A stretch of 64,000 bases of DNA, from the NCBI GenBank assembly GCA_026707145.1, contig JAPOXK010000003.1, forward strand, positions 14,713-78,712, in the 5' to 3' direction. The stretch comes from Chloroflexota bacterium. GTDB taxonomy: Bacteria > Chloroflexota > Dehalococcoidia > Bin125. Positions 28,018-37,406 of the stretch are shown here, piece after piece (position 1 is the stretch's first letter; each line of letters opens with the position of its first letter). The notes beneath the pieces were generated by a model that was given only the letters and a program-made list of their open reading frames with translations, had not been told where the DNA came from and ran no database searches. Both the position numbers and the translations under genes were made by a program.

Positions 28018-29229
28018 CTACACAACCGCAGTCGCGTAGATCTCGTGGAGATAGCCCTCCTTGTAGAGTCCGGTGGTGCCTGCCGGCGTCCAGGCAGGTC
28101 CTTTCTCTTTCGAGAAGAACTCCTCCCCCACTTTCATGACGCGCTCCCACGCACGCGGATCCTTATGGAACGACATGACCTCGACCACATGCTCCATTGA
28201 CGCGCCGAAAGCCTCCAGCACCTCCTTGATCCGGTTGAAGGCGTAGCGCGCCTGTGTCGCGGTGTTTCCCGGGGTGATGATGTTACCGTCGCCATCCGAG
28301 GCGACCTCGCCCGCGATCGTGATCAGATGCCCTCCCTCTTTCTTGCAGCCACCCGCGATGGGCAGTGTGTGCCACCAGATGCTGGGAGGGGTTTGGGCGA
28401 CGCGAGGGCCCGGGCTAAGGTCGGCAATGACGCGGTAGGCGCCCAACAGGCCGAGACGATAGAGGCCGGTCGTCCCAATGCTGGTCACTGTGGGGGCGTT
28501 GGCGGGATGCACGTTGGATACGACCTCCTCCATCCACGTGTCCACCGCCGCGTCCATGCCGCGTGCGTCACGGTTGAACGCGATCAAGTCGATCACGTCG
28601 TCCATGGAGGCGCCAGCCATCTCCACGATCTCCCGGATGCGGTTGATGGCGTACCGGGCCTGCGCGGCGTGGTCGCCGGGAGTGGTGATGAAGCCGTCTG
28701 CGTCGGCGGCCATTTGCCCCGACACAAAGAGGAGGTCGCCCTTCCTGCAGCCACCCGCCATTGGGAACTGGCGCAGCCATTTCATCGTGTCGGGGGTGTA
28801 GCTGTCCTTGCGCGCTTGACCCAGGTGGGCGATCGCGCGAATGCCGAGTAAGTTCTCGCTCACCCAGAAGCCCTGGCTGCCTACCGCCGTCCAAGCGGGG
28901 TGCTTCGCGTGGGTCAGATAGTCGCGCGCCGTGTCGAAGACGGCGTCCATATCGCGCGGGTCCTTGTGGAAGGAGATGATGTCGACGAGGTCATCTGTGG
29001 TGCCGCCCGCTGCCTCAAGGAGTTCACCGATCCGGTCAAAGATGTGACGTGTCTGGGCCGCCACGTCGCCTGGCGCAATGGCGCGACCGTTCTCATCTAA
29101 CGCCGTTTGCCCGCCGATGAACAGCAGGTCGCCTACCTGCACGGCGGGGGAAGCCGGCATCGGTTCCATCCAGCGGAAGCTGGGCAGCGTGTGGATTCGT
29201 CTCTCCATTGGCATCGCTTCGACGCGCAC
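28018..29229 (-). CDS. Single-chain triple RidA/YjgF/UK114-domain protein
   Basis: 403 aa made of three ~125-aa YjgF-like repeats, alignable by eye: GDLLFIGGQTALDENGRAIAPGDVAAQTRHIFDRIGELLEAAGGTTDDLVDIISF; GDLLFVSGQMAADADGFITTPGDHAAQARYAINRIREIVEMAGASMDDVIDLIAF; GHLITIAGEVASDGDGNIITPGNTATQARYAFNRIKEVLEAFGASMEHVVEVMSF. Confidence 0.85.
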   Translation of the reverse strand: MRVEAMPMERRIHTLPSFRWMEPMPASPAVQVGDLLFIGGQTALDENGRAIAPGDVAAQTRHIFDRIGELLEAAGGTTDDLVDIISFHKDPRDMDAVFDTARDYLTHAKHPAWTAVGSQGFWVSENLLGIRAIAHLGQARKDSYTPDTMKWLRQFPMAGGCRKGDLLFVSGQMAADADGFITTPGDHAAQARYAINRIREIVEMAGASMDDVIDLIAFNRDARGMDAAVDTWMEEVVSNVHPANAPTVTSIGTTGLYRLGLLGAYRVIADLSPGPRVAQTPPSIWWHTLPIAGGCKKEGGHLITIAGEVASDGDGNIITPGNTATQARYAFNRIKEVLEAFGASMEHVVEVMSFHKDPRAWERVMKVGEEFFSKEKGPAWTPAGTTGLYKEGYLHEIYATAVV

Positions 29230-29396
29230 TCCTTAGCACACTGCGGGGCAACTCTAAGGCCGAGCGCGGCTCCAACGCTAGAGCGGCTCGGGACGTGCGT
29301 GCATGTTTGATTGACCTGGATGTGCGTGCCAGACTCGACGCTGATGGCTCTCCGGTCCGTCGGCGCCGTTGGCGAGCCCTGGTCTGGAGATGTTGA

Positions 29397-31184
29397 GTGC
29401 TGAAGAGCCACTACAGCGGCGACCTGCGCGCCGAACATGCAGGTATCGATGTCACGCTCGCCGGTTGGGTCCACAGGCGGCGTGACCATGGCGGGTTGAT
29501 CTTCATCGACCTGCGGGACAGCCGCGGCCTCGTGCAGGTCGTGGTGCATCCTGATCGGGCGCCAGACGCGCACGCCGCCGCCGCCGCCGTGCGCAGTGAG
29601 TATGTACTCGGCGTGCGGGGCAGCGTGGTGCGGCGCAGCGTCGAGACGATCAACCCGAATTTGGAGACTGGGGAGATTGAAGTCGAGGCGCGGGAGATCG
29701 AAGTGCTCAACGCCGCGGAGACGCCGCCGTTCGCGGTGAACGAACCGACTGATGTCGACGAGGTTCGGCGGCTCGAATACCGGTTCCTTGATCTCAGACG
29801 TGTGGAGATGCACCGCAACCTCGTCCTGCGGCACGAGCTGAATCAGTATGTCCGCCGCTTCATGACGGCCCACGATTTTATTGAGGTCGAGACGCCCGCG
29901 CTGGTAGTCCCGACGCCCGAAGGAGCGCGAGATTATCTCGTTCCGAGTCGCCTGCACCCTGGAAGTTTCTATGCACTCCCCCAGTCGCCACAGCAATTCA
30001 AGCAGTTGCTGATGGTCGCGGGCGTGGAGCGGTACTTTCAGATCGTTCGTTGCTTCCGCGACGAAGATCTCCGTGCCGACCGTCAGCCGGAGTTCACGCA
30101 GCTGGACGTAGAGATGGCCTTCTGCGAGGAGGAGGACATCCTCGCGCTCATGGAGGAGCTTTTTACGGGGTTGGTGCGGGAGTTGCGCCCTGACCTCGAC
30201 ATCGTATCGCCGTTCCCACGGCTGACGTACGCGGCAGCGATGGAGCGCTTCGGCACCGACAAGCCGGACCTGCGTTATGGGCTTGAGCTTTTCGATTGCA
30301 CATCGCTTGTCGCCTTGTCTACCTTCGCCGTTTTTCGGAACGCCGTCGAGGCCGGTGGCCGTGTCCGTGGGCTGGTGGTTCCTGGAGGAGCGGGGCTCAC
30401 ACGCAAACAGATCGACGCCTACACCGAGCTGGCGAGGACTTACGGTGCGAAGGGCCTGGTCTCGATCCAGTTCAATGCGAAGCCGTCGTTGGCACGAGAG
30501 GATGAGATTCGCTCTCCCGTGCTCAAGCATCTCGGCGAAGAGACCGCGCGCCGGATAGGCGCGCGCGCCGGCGCCGAGGCGGGCGACTTGGTGTTGCTCG
30601 CCGCCGATGCCGAGAAGGTCGTCAATACGGTTTTGGATGGTCTACGGCGTACGATTGCGGACCGTTCGGATCTTGCAGACCCGCAGACGCTGCACTTCGC
30701 TTTCATCATGGACTTCCCGCTACTCGCCTGGGATGCCCAGGAGGAGCGTTGGGATGCGCTCCATCACCCGTTCACGGCTCCTCGAGACGAGGATCTCATC
30801 AAGCTCGAGGCTGATCCGGGAAGTGTCCGTGCTCGCGCCTACGACATCGTGGCGAACGGGCTCGAACTCGCCTCTGGCTCGATCCGTATCCACCGGAGAG
30901 AGGTGCAGGAGCGGGTTTTCGCCTGCCTTGGCATCGCGCCCGACGAGGCGCAGCGGCGTTTCGGGCACATCTTGAAGGCCTTCGATCATGGTGCGCCGCC
31001 GCATGGTGGGATCGCGCCGGGACTCGACCGCATCGCTATGCTGCTCGCGGGTGCTCCGAACATCCGTGAGGTGATCGCGTTTCCCAAGACGCAAGCCGCT
31101 GTCGATCCCATGACCGGCGCGCCGGCTGCGGTGACCGAGTCCCAGATCGCCGAACTCGGGCTTGCGCGCACGGTTCGGGAATAG
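29397..31184 (+). CDS. aspS: Aspartate--tRNA ligase
   Basis: 595 aa, GTG start. OB-fold N-terminus (VTLAGWVHRRRDHGGLIFIDLRD), class II motifs FRDEDLRADRQPEFTQLD and the C-terminal GGIAPGLDRIAMLL. Confidence 0.93.
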   Translation: MLKSHYSGDLRAEHAGIDVTLAGWVHRRRDHGGLIFIDLRDSRGLVQVVVHPDRAPDAHAAAAAVRSEYVLGVRGSVVRRSVETINPNLETGEIEVEAREIEVLNAAETPPFAVNEPTDVDEVRRLEYRFLDLRRVEMHRNLVLRHELNQYVRRFMTAHDFIEVETPALVVPTPEGARDYLVPSRLHPGSFYALPQSPQQFKQLLMVAGVERYFQIVRCFRDEDLRADRQPEFTQLDVEMAFCEEEDILALMEELFTGLVRELRPDLDIVSPFPRLTYAAAMERFGTDKPDLRYGLELFDCTSLVALSTFAVFRNAVEAGGRVRGLVVPGGAGLTRKQIDAYTELARTYGAKGLVSIQFNAKPSLAREDEIRSPVLKHLGEETARRIGARAGAEAGDLVLLAADAEKVVNTVLDGLRRTIADRSDLADPQTLHFAFIMDFPLLAWDAQEERWDALHHPFTAPRDEDLIKLEADPGSVRARAYDIVANGLELASGSIRIHRREVQERVFACLGIAPDEAQRRFGHILKAFDHGAPPHGGIAPGLDRIAMLLAGAPNIREVIAFPKTQAAVDPMTGAPAAVTESQIAELGLARTVRE

Positions 31185-31341
31185 ACTGATGGCAAGGGCT
31201 CGCCTGCGACCACCAGTCCAGATGCAGTGATACGCTCGGCTCACTGATTGTTCGCGGCGGACGAAGATTCATCGGAGGACGAGAGACGGAGCAGGATCTG
31301 ATGAGTCTCGCGATCTTGCGCGCGCGTGTGGAGCGATCTCG

Positions 31342-33057
31342 GTGAGCCGCTGGTGGCTGCTAGCGGCGCTGGTGTTGGTCGCGGCACTGGTTGGTGCTGC
31401 TTGCGGTGGCGGCGATGCGTCATCCGACTCCGACCGAGCCACCACGACCCGAGCCGATCGCGATCGGTCCGCGACCGAGACGGACGACGGCGGCGCTGCG
31501 CCTCAGGCGGATAGCGACGAGGCGGAACAGCCTGAGGCGATCACGTCACAGGTGCGCCGCGGCGAGAACGAGTTACGTATCGCGCGCGCCGAACCGATCA
31601 CTCTCGATCCGGCGCTCGTCACCGATCAGAATTCTGCCTCCTACGTCGTCGAGATCTTCGGCGGACTTGTCACACTCGATCTCGATCTGCGCGTCGTGCC
31701 TGACTTGGCGGAAGCGCTGCCGGAGGTGATCGAAAACGCCGATGGAACGGTGACGTACCGGTTTGCGCTGCGCCGCGACGCACTCTTTCACAATAGCCGC
31801 CGCGTCACGGCGCAGGACGTCAAGGACAGCATCGAGCGACACGCATCGCCGGATACCTTCTCGCCCACCGCGCAGGATTACCTCGGCGACATCATCGGCG
31901 CGCGAGACTACATCCGCGGCCGAGTCGAGGAGATCGCAGGGATCCAGGTAGTCGACGACCGGACCGTCGAGATCACGATCGATGCACCGAAACCGTTCTT
32001 CCTCGCGAAATTGACCTATCCCACGGCGTTCGTCGTCGATGTGCAGCAGATTGATGCTGATCCTCAGAACTGGGCTCGCAACCCCAACGGAACCGGCCCG
32101 TTCCAGATGCAGCGTTGGGATCAGGGTGCCGAGATAGTGCTGGTGCCGTTTGAGCGCTACCACCAGGGCCCTGCCAGCGTCGGTGCGGTCGTGATCCGCT
32201 TTGCGGGCGGCGGCGTGACCCAGTTCGAGAATGAGGAGGTCGATATCGCGATCGTCGGGGTCAACGATATCGAGCGCGTGCGTGACCCTGCAGACCCGCT
32301 CAATCAGCATTTCGTCTCGCGGTCCGAACTATCCGTCTCGTACATTGGCTTCAACGTTAATCAGCCGCCCTTTGACGACCCCTTGGTTCGGCAAGCGTTC
32401 GCCAGTGCGATTGACAAGGTCACTCTGCGCGATGTGGTCCTGATGGGCGTCGCCCCAATCGCCGAAGGCATTCTGCCGCCCGGCATTTTGGCCTACGACG
32501 AAGACTTCCGGGGACTCCCCTTTGATCCCGAGCGTGCGCAGGAGTTGCTGGCGCAGTCGTCCTACGCCGGGCGGCTTCCCACCGTACGGCTGACGGTGCC
32601 TGGTGTCGGCGCGACTCCGGGTGTGGTGATCGAGGCGATTCAGCGGATGTGGCTCGACAATCTCGGCGTGGAGGTCGAGATCCAGCAAGTGGAGACGGCG
32701 ACGTTCTTCTCGGAGCTGGACCGGAATCTCTACCAGGCGTTCAGCATCGGTTGGATCGCGGACTATCCGGATCCGGAAAACTTCCTCGACCTGCTGTTCC
32801 ACAGCACCTCACTGCAGAACAACACTGGCTACGCCAACCCGGAGGTTGATGCCCTTCTTGAGACCGCGCGTGTTACGCAGGATCAAGGCGCGCGCGTCCG
32901 CTTGTATCAAGAGGTGGAGCGGCTGATCGTCGCCGATGCGCCCTGGATTCCACTGTTCTACGGGCAGGCCAATGAACTCGTGAAGCCGTACGTGGAGAAC
33001 TATGTGCCGCCGCGCATCACGGTGCCGTACCTTCGTTTCATCATGCTGAGCGAGTAG
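31342..33057 (+). CDS. ABC transporter substrate-binding lipoprotein, family 5 (peptide/nickel type)
   Basis: 571 aa. Signal peptide with lipobox LVGAAC followed by a low-complexity linker. SBP_bac_5-like core (GTGPFQMQRWDQG, FNVNQPPFDD, IGWIADYPDPENFL). Confidence 0.85.
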   Translation: MSRWWLLAALVLVAALVGAACGGGDASSDSDRATTTRADRDRSATETDDGGAAPQADSDEAEQPEAITSQVRRGENELRIARAEPITLDPALVTDQNSASYVVEIFGGLVTLDLDLRVVPDLAEALPEVIENADGTVTYRFALRRDALFHNSRRVTAQDVKDSIERHASPDTFSPTAQDYLGDIIGARDYIRGRVEEIAGIQVVDDRTVEITIDAPKPFFLAKLTYPTAFVVDVQQIDADPQNWARNPNGTGPFQMQRWDQGAEIVLVPFERYHQGPASVGAVVIRFAGGGVTQFENEEVDIAIVGVNDIERVRDPADPLNQHFVSRSELSVSYIGFNVNQPPFDDPLVRQAFASAIDKVTLRDVVLMGVAPIAEGILPPGILAYDEDFRGLPFDPERAQELLAQSSYAGRLPTVRLTVPGVGATPGVVIEAIQRMWLDNLGVEVEIQQVETATFFSELDRNLYQAFSIGWIADYPDPENFLDLLFHSTSLQNNTGYANPEVDALLETARVTQDQGARVRLYQEVERLIVADAPWIPLFYGQANELVKPYVENYVPPRITVPYLRFIMLSE

Positions 33058-33124
33058 GATCTAGTCCACCGAATCTGTCCGGCGATGCCAGCGCACATGC
33101 GGAGCAGCGCGTAGAGGCGGTGTC

Positions 33125-34108
33125 ATGACCGGCGGCGTGCTCCCGTTCGTGCTGCGGCGGCTCTTGCTGGTGCCGCCCACGCTTTTCGCGGTGCTCATCA
33201 TCACCTTCGCCTTCACCCAAGCCGCTCCCGGTGATCCGGTGCGAATCATCACAGGAACGCGGGCACCGGACCCCGAAGTGGCAGAGCAGATTCGGGAGGA
33301 GTTCGGTCTCACGGGAGGCTTCTTCGATCGATTTGGCGACTACTTCGTTGGGCTCGTGACACGAGGCGATCTGGGCCCCTCCTATTTTCACCGCAGCCCG
33401 CAGCGCTCCGTTGCCGAGTTGTTGGGAGAACGCGTTTGGGTCTCGACGCAGCTCGGTCTGATCTCCCTGGCGCTCATTTTCCTCTTAGGCATCCCTCTCG
33501 GCGTCTTTGCCGCAGTGAATCGCGGCACGTGGCGTGACCCGTTCACCATCGGGTTTTTCATGATCTTCGATGCGATCCCCGTCCTCGTGCTGATTCCTCT
33601 GATGGTCTGGCTACTGGTGTTCGGGTTGCATGAAGTGCCGGCGTTCTTCGGCTTCAGTGTGCCTTCCGTCTGGACGCCGGGCGATGCTGCTTCGTACATC
33701 GTGCCGGTGGCCGCCCTTACCCTTCCAGCCTTGGCCGGCATGGCGCGGTTCGTGCGCGTCAGTGTCCTCAGCGTGCTGGACGAGGACTATGTCCGGACGG
33801 CGCGCGCGAAGGGCTTGGGGCCGCGCACCGTTGTCATCCGGCACGTCTTGCGCAACTCCCTGCTGCCGCTCAGCACGGTGATGGCGCTCAGCATCGTCAC
33901 CGTGGTGACTGGCGCGATCCTGACGGAAACGCTCTACGGGGTACCGGGGGTGGGATCGTTCGTCTTCGCTTCGATCGGCCAGCGTGACTTTAACGTGATC
34001 TTGGGATTCACGTTGCTCGTCGCGACGCTATTCGTCCTCGCGAATGTCGTCATCGATGTGGCGTACATCTTCATCGATCCGCGAATCCGCTACTCACGGC
34101 GGGCCTAG
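33125..34108 (+). CDS. ABC transporter permease (DppB/OppB type)
   Basis: 327 aa, six predicted TM segments, EAA-like loop (DYVRTARAKGLGPRTVVIRHVLRNSL). Confidence 0.88.
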   Translation: MTGGVLPFVLRRLLLVPPTLFAVLIITFAFTQAAPGDPVRIITGTRAPDPEVAEQIREEFGLTGGFFDRFGDYFVGLVTRGDLGPSYFHRSPQRSVAELLGERVWVSTQLGLISLALIFLLGIPLGVFAAVNRGTWRDPFTIGFFMIFDAIPVLVLIPLMVWLLVFGLHEVPAFFGFSVPSVWTPGDAASYIVPVAALTLPALAGMARFVRVSVLSVLDEDYVRTARAKGLGPRTVVIRHVLRNSLLPLSTVMALSIVTVVTGAILTETLYGVPGVGSFVFASIGQRDFNVILGFTLLVATLFVLANVVIDVAYIFIDPRIRYSRRA

Positions 34109-34112
34109 GCTC

Positions 34113-35297
34113 ATGACGATCGACGCGGTCCAACCTCTCGATAGCAGATATGGGTCCCTCGCCCGGGCGGAGTCGCCGCAGCGCCGGGCGTGGCGCGCGC
34201 TACGACGGAAACGCATCGCCATGGTGGCCCTCGCGCTGATCGTTGTGATCTATGGTGCTGGCGCCTACACCATCCTTGATGCCTTCGGCGTGCCCATTGG
34301 TTTGCAGGATCCCGAGGCGACCAACCTGACGGAGCGTCGTCCGGTTCGCGAAGTTGACGGCGTCGTTGAGACCCTGGGTGTCTATATGGCGCATCACCAG
34401 ATCAGTCTGGAGGAGCTCCGGCGCCTGAATCCTGAGACGGTCGCGCTCGTCGAGGCGGAGGTCGGGCCGCTCAGTTCCGCGACCGTTGTGCCGCCGCGCA
34501 CAACCTTCGTTTTGAAAGAAGACGAAGTTCTGGAGAGCCCGTCCGCTGACCATTGGTTCGGCACGGATCGCATTGGTCGCGACATGTTCAGCCGGACCCT
34601 GTTCGCCGCCCGGACGACGCTCCTGATCTCCATTCTTGCCTTTCTCTTCGGCAACGTATTCCTGGGATTAGGCCTGGGCTTGGTCGCTGGCTACCTCGGT
34701 GGCAAAGTGGACAACGTAATCATGCGCGTCGGTGATGTGGTGCTCGCCATCCCGACGCTCCTCGTGCTGATCCTCGTCAGCGCCTCCCTGCGTGATCGCT
34801 GGACGGAGTGGTTCGCCGCTATCGACGACTTCCTGGGTACGACGTTCTTCATCGATCAAGGCATCGACGATTTCAGTCTGCTTTTCTTCTCCGTCTCCTT
34901 CTTCAGCTGGGTTGGGACCGCTCGGTTTGTTCGTGCGCAGGTCTTCGCCCTGCGCGAGCAGGAATACGTTTTGGCCGCCGAGGCGTTGGGTGCACGCATG
35001 CCACGTATCCTGCTGCGCCATCTGCTTCCAGGCGTGCTGCCCTGGATCGTTGTGGGAATCAGCGCCACGCTCGGCGCGATCGCAACGCTGGAAGTGGCCC
35101 TGACGTTCCTCGGTATCGGTGTGCAGGCGCCCACCGCCTCTTTCGGCGCGATGATCGACGATGCGGGCGGCGTGAGGACATTCAACCTGCATCCCCATCT
35201 CCTTCTGGTTCCAGGGGTGACCGTCGCTGTGCTGATCTTTGCGTTCAATTTGTTGGGCGACGCGGTGAACGACGTGGTCAACCCTCGAGGGCGCTAG
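34113..35297 (+). CDS. ABC transporter permease (DppC/OppC type) with enlarged first periplasmic loop
   Basis: Start taken at ATG 34113 (MTIDAVQ...), just after the upstream stop. HWFGTDRIGRDMFSR motif and EAA loop (EYVLAAEALGARMPRILLRHLLPGVL). Confidence 0.85.
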   Translation: MTIDAVQPLDSRYGSLARAESPQRRAWRALRRKRIAMVALALIVVIYGAGAYTILDAFGVPIGLQDPEATNLTERRPVREVDGVVETLGVYMAHHQISLEELRRLNPETVALVEAEVGPLSSATVVPPRTTFVLKEDEVLESPSADHWFGTDRIGRDMFSRTLFAARTTLLISILAFLFGNVFLGLGLGLVAGYLGGKVDNVIMRVGDVVLAIPTLLVLILVSASLRDRWTEWFAAIDDFLGTTFFIDQGIDDFSLLFFSVSFFSWVGTARFVRAQVFALREQEYVLAAEALGARMPRILLRHLLPGVLPWIVVGISATLGAIATLEVALTFLGIGVQAPTASFGAMIDDAGGVRTFNLHPHLLLVPGVTVAVLIFAFNLLGDAVNDVVNPRGR

Positions 35298-35370
35298 CGG
35301 GTGGAGGTGGTCCCGGTAATGCGAGAGGCCGCTGCTATACTTGTTCGCACGGGGAGCCCCACTACCAAGC

Positions 35371-36732
35371 ATGAAAGTTACCGCTGAACAGATCCCCGAG
35401 GCCCGCGTGGTCCTCGAGGTGGAAGTTGACGACGAGCGCTTCCGCGAGTCGATGGATTGGGCCTACCGGCGGCTCTCGCTGCGGGCGAAGATTCCTGGCT
35501 TCCGGCGCGGCAAGGCGCCGCGCGAGCTCGTCGAGCGCGTCTTGGGCCGTGAGCGCCTCCTCCAAGAGGCCGCCGATCACATGGTGCCCAAGGCATACGA
35601 GGACGCCATCGCGCGGGAGGGGATCGATCCCATCGCGCAACCGGAGATCGAGATCCTCAACTTGGAGCCACTGCGCTTCAAGGCTACCGTCCCGGTGCGT
35701 CCCAGCGTCTCCTTGGGGGATTACCGCTCAATCCGCCTTCAGCGCGAACCCGTGGTTGTGGCGGACGACCAGATCGCGGACACACTGCTCGAACTCCGCC
35801 GCCGCCACGCGGTGCTCGAGCCCGTCGACCGTCCTGTCGAATACAACGACCGAATCCGGATCGACATCCAGGGGGAGAGCGATGGGAAACCCTTCGCAGC
35901 GCAGGAGGGCGTTGAGATCAGCCTGCGCGAGACGGGTGCGTTCGTGGTGCCCGGCCTCGCGGAGCGAATCGTCGGCTTGGCTCCCGGACCCGACCGACAT
36001 CGGATCGAGATCGATATCCCAGAGGATTTCGATCATGGAGAGCTGGCCGGCAAGGCTGCGACGTTCACTGTCACTGTGCACGAAGTCAAGCGTGAGCTCT
36101 TGCCGGACTTGGACGACGATTTCGCATCCGAGGTAGGCGAATTTGAGACATTCGAGGCATTGCACGCCCGTGTCGTGGCGGATCTGCGAGCCGGGCTGGA
36201 GCAGCGCGTGGAAACTGATTTCAGCGACGCGCTTCTCGACACGCTGGCGGCACAGGCGACGGTCGAATATCCAGCACTGCTCGTGGACCGTGAGATCGAG
36301 CACATGCTCACGGATGCAGCGCGGGGGCAAGGCCAGAGCTTGGAGGCGTACCTCCAAGCTCTGGGAAGCGATCCGCAGGAGATTGCACAACGCTTGCGAC
36401 CGGAAGCCTCCAAACGCGTGCTTCGCAGCATCTTGATTGCGGAAGTCGCGGAAACCGAATCGATCGAGGTGAGCGACGCTGATATCGATGCCGAAATCGC
36501 CCGGATGGCTGGTCAAGGACCGGAAGGGGAACAAGTCCGCGCCGCCTTCGACACGGAAGCGGGCCGGACGGTTCTCCGTCAGAATCTCACGACGAAGCGT
36601 ACGCTGGAACGGCTCGCCTCGATCGCCGAGCAGCCCGTAGCGGCGGATGGAGAGATGCCATCGTCGGACGGGCATTCGGCAGAACCTGCCAATGAGACCC
36701 CGATCGGAAACGCGGCGAAGGAGACCGAATGA
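35371..36732 (+). CDS. tig: Trigger factor
   Basis: From ATG 35371 ([19 protein letters not shown]...), with the ribosome-binding motif GFRRGKAPR. tig-clpP-clpX synteny. Confidence 0.9.
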   Translation: MKVTAEQIPEARVVLEVEVDDERFRESMDWAYRRLSLRAKIPGFRRGKAPRELVERVLGRERLLQEAADHMVPKAYEDAIAREGIDPIAQPEIEILNLEPLRFKATVPVRPSVSLGDYRSIRLQREPVVVADDQIADTLLELRRRHAVLEPVDRPVEYNDRIRIDIQGESDGKPFAAQEGVEISLRETGAFVVPGLAERIVGLAPGPDRHRIEIDIPEDFDHGELAGKAATFTVTVHEVKRELLPDLDDDFASEVGEFETFEALHARVVADLRAGLEQRVETDFSDALLDTLAAQATVEYPALLVDREIEHMLTDAARGQGQSLEAYLQALGSDPQEIAQRLRPEASKRVLRSILIAEVAETESIEVSDADIDAEIARMAGQGPEGEQVRAAFDTEAGRTVLRQNLTTKRTLERLASIAEQPVAADGEMPSSDGHSAEPANETPIGNAAKETE

Positions 36733-37379
36733 CGCCTCTGGATCAGATGCCTCCCCAAACCCCCATCAAGAACATCGTGCCGATGGTTGTAGAGACATCG
36801 AGCCGTGGCGAGCGGGCCTATGACATCTACTCCCTGCTTCTACGAGAGCGAATTATTTTCATCGGCACGCCCATTGATGATCAGATCGCGAACCTGATCA
36901 TCGCGCAGCTCCTTTATCTCGAGCGGGAAGATCCCGATCGGGACATTAACGCTTATATTCACAGCCCTGGCGGCGTGATCTCGGCTGGACTGGCGGTTTA
37001 CGACACGATGCAATTGATTCGGCCCGACGTGTCGACGATCTGTGTGGGGATGTCCGCTTCGATGGGGACCGTGCTTTTGGCGGCTGGAGCGCCCGGGAAG
37101 CGCTACGCTCTGCCGAACGCCACCATCCATATGCATCAAGCGATGGGGGGTGCGCGTGGCCAGGCGTCTGATATCGAGATCGCGGCAAAGGAAATTTTGC
37201 GTAACAACGAGATCATTCGCGGGATCCTGGCTCGACACACCGGTCAGGACCTGGAGGTGATCACGCGCGATACCGACCGCGACTTTTATCTCGATGCGCA
37301 GGGCGCAAAGGAGTACGGTCTCGTCGACGATGTCCTGCACGAGCAGGAGAAGGACTCGGAAGTCAGGGCCGCTTCGTAG
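36729..37379 (+). CDS. clpP: ATP-dependent Clp protease proteolytic subunit ClpP
   Basis: 216 aa. [19 protein letters not shown], catalytic-Ser context GMSASMG, His context IHMHQ. Confidence 0.93.
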   Translation: MTPLDQMPPQTPIKNIVPMVVETSSRGERAYDIYSLLLRERIIFIGTPIDDQIANLIIAQLLYLEREDPDRDINAYIHSPGGVISAGLAVYDTMQLIRPDVSTICVGMSASMGTVLLAAGAPGKRYALPNATIHMHQAMGGARGQASDIEIAAKEILRNNEIIRGILARHTGQDLEVITRDTDRDFYLDAQGAKEYGLVDDVLHEQEKDSEVRAAS

Positions 37380-37406
37380 CGGCGCAGGGCGACGAAGGAC
37401 AGGCGC

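Noticed and set aside
29230-29396. Possible T-box leader upstream of aspS.
   Set aside because: The region is only 167 nt and is shared with a divergent gene. I could not find the conserved T-box sequence (AAUUAGGGUGGUACCGCG-like) or a specifier/antiterminator arrangement.
31291-31319. CUGAUGAG hammerhead-like core (31298-31305) inside a small hairpin (GCAGGATC/GATCTTGC) upstream of the ABC substrate-binding gene.
   Set aside because: No matching GAAA/CGAAAC core strand or three-helix junction nearby. An 8-mer match is expected by chance.
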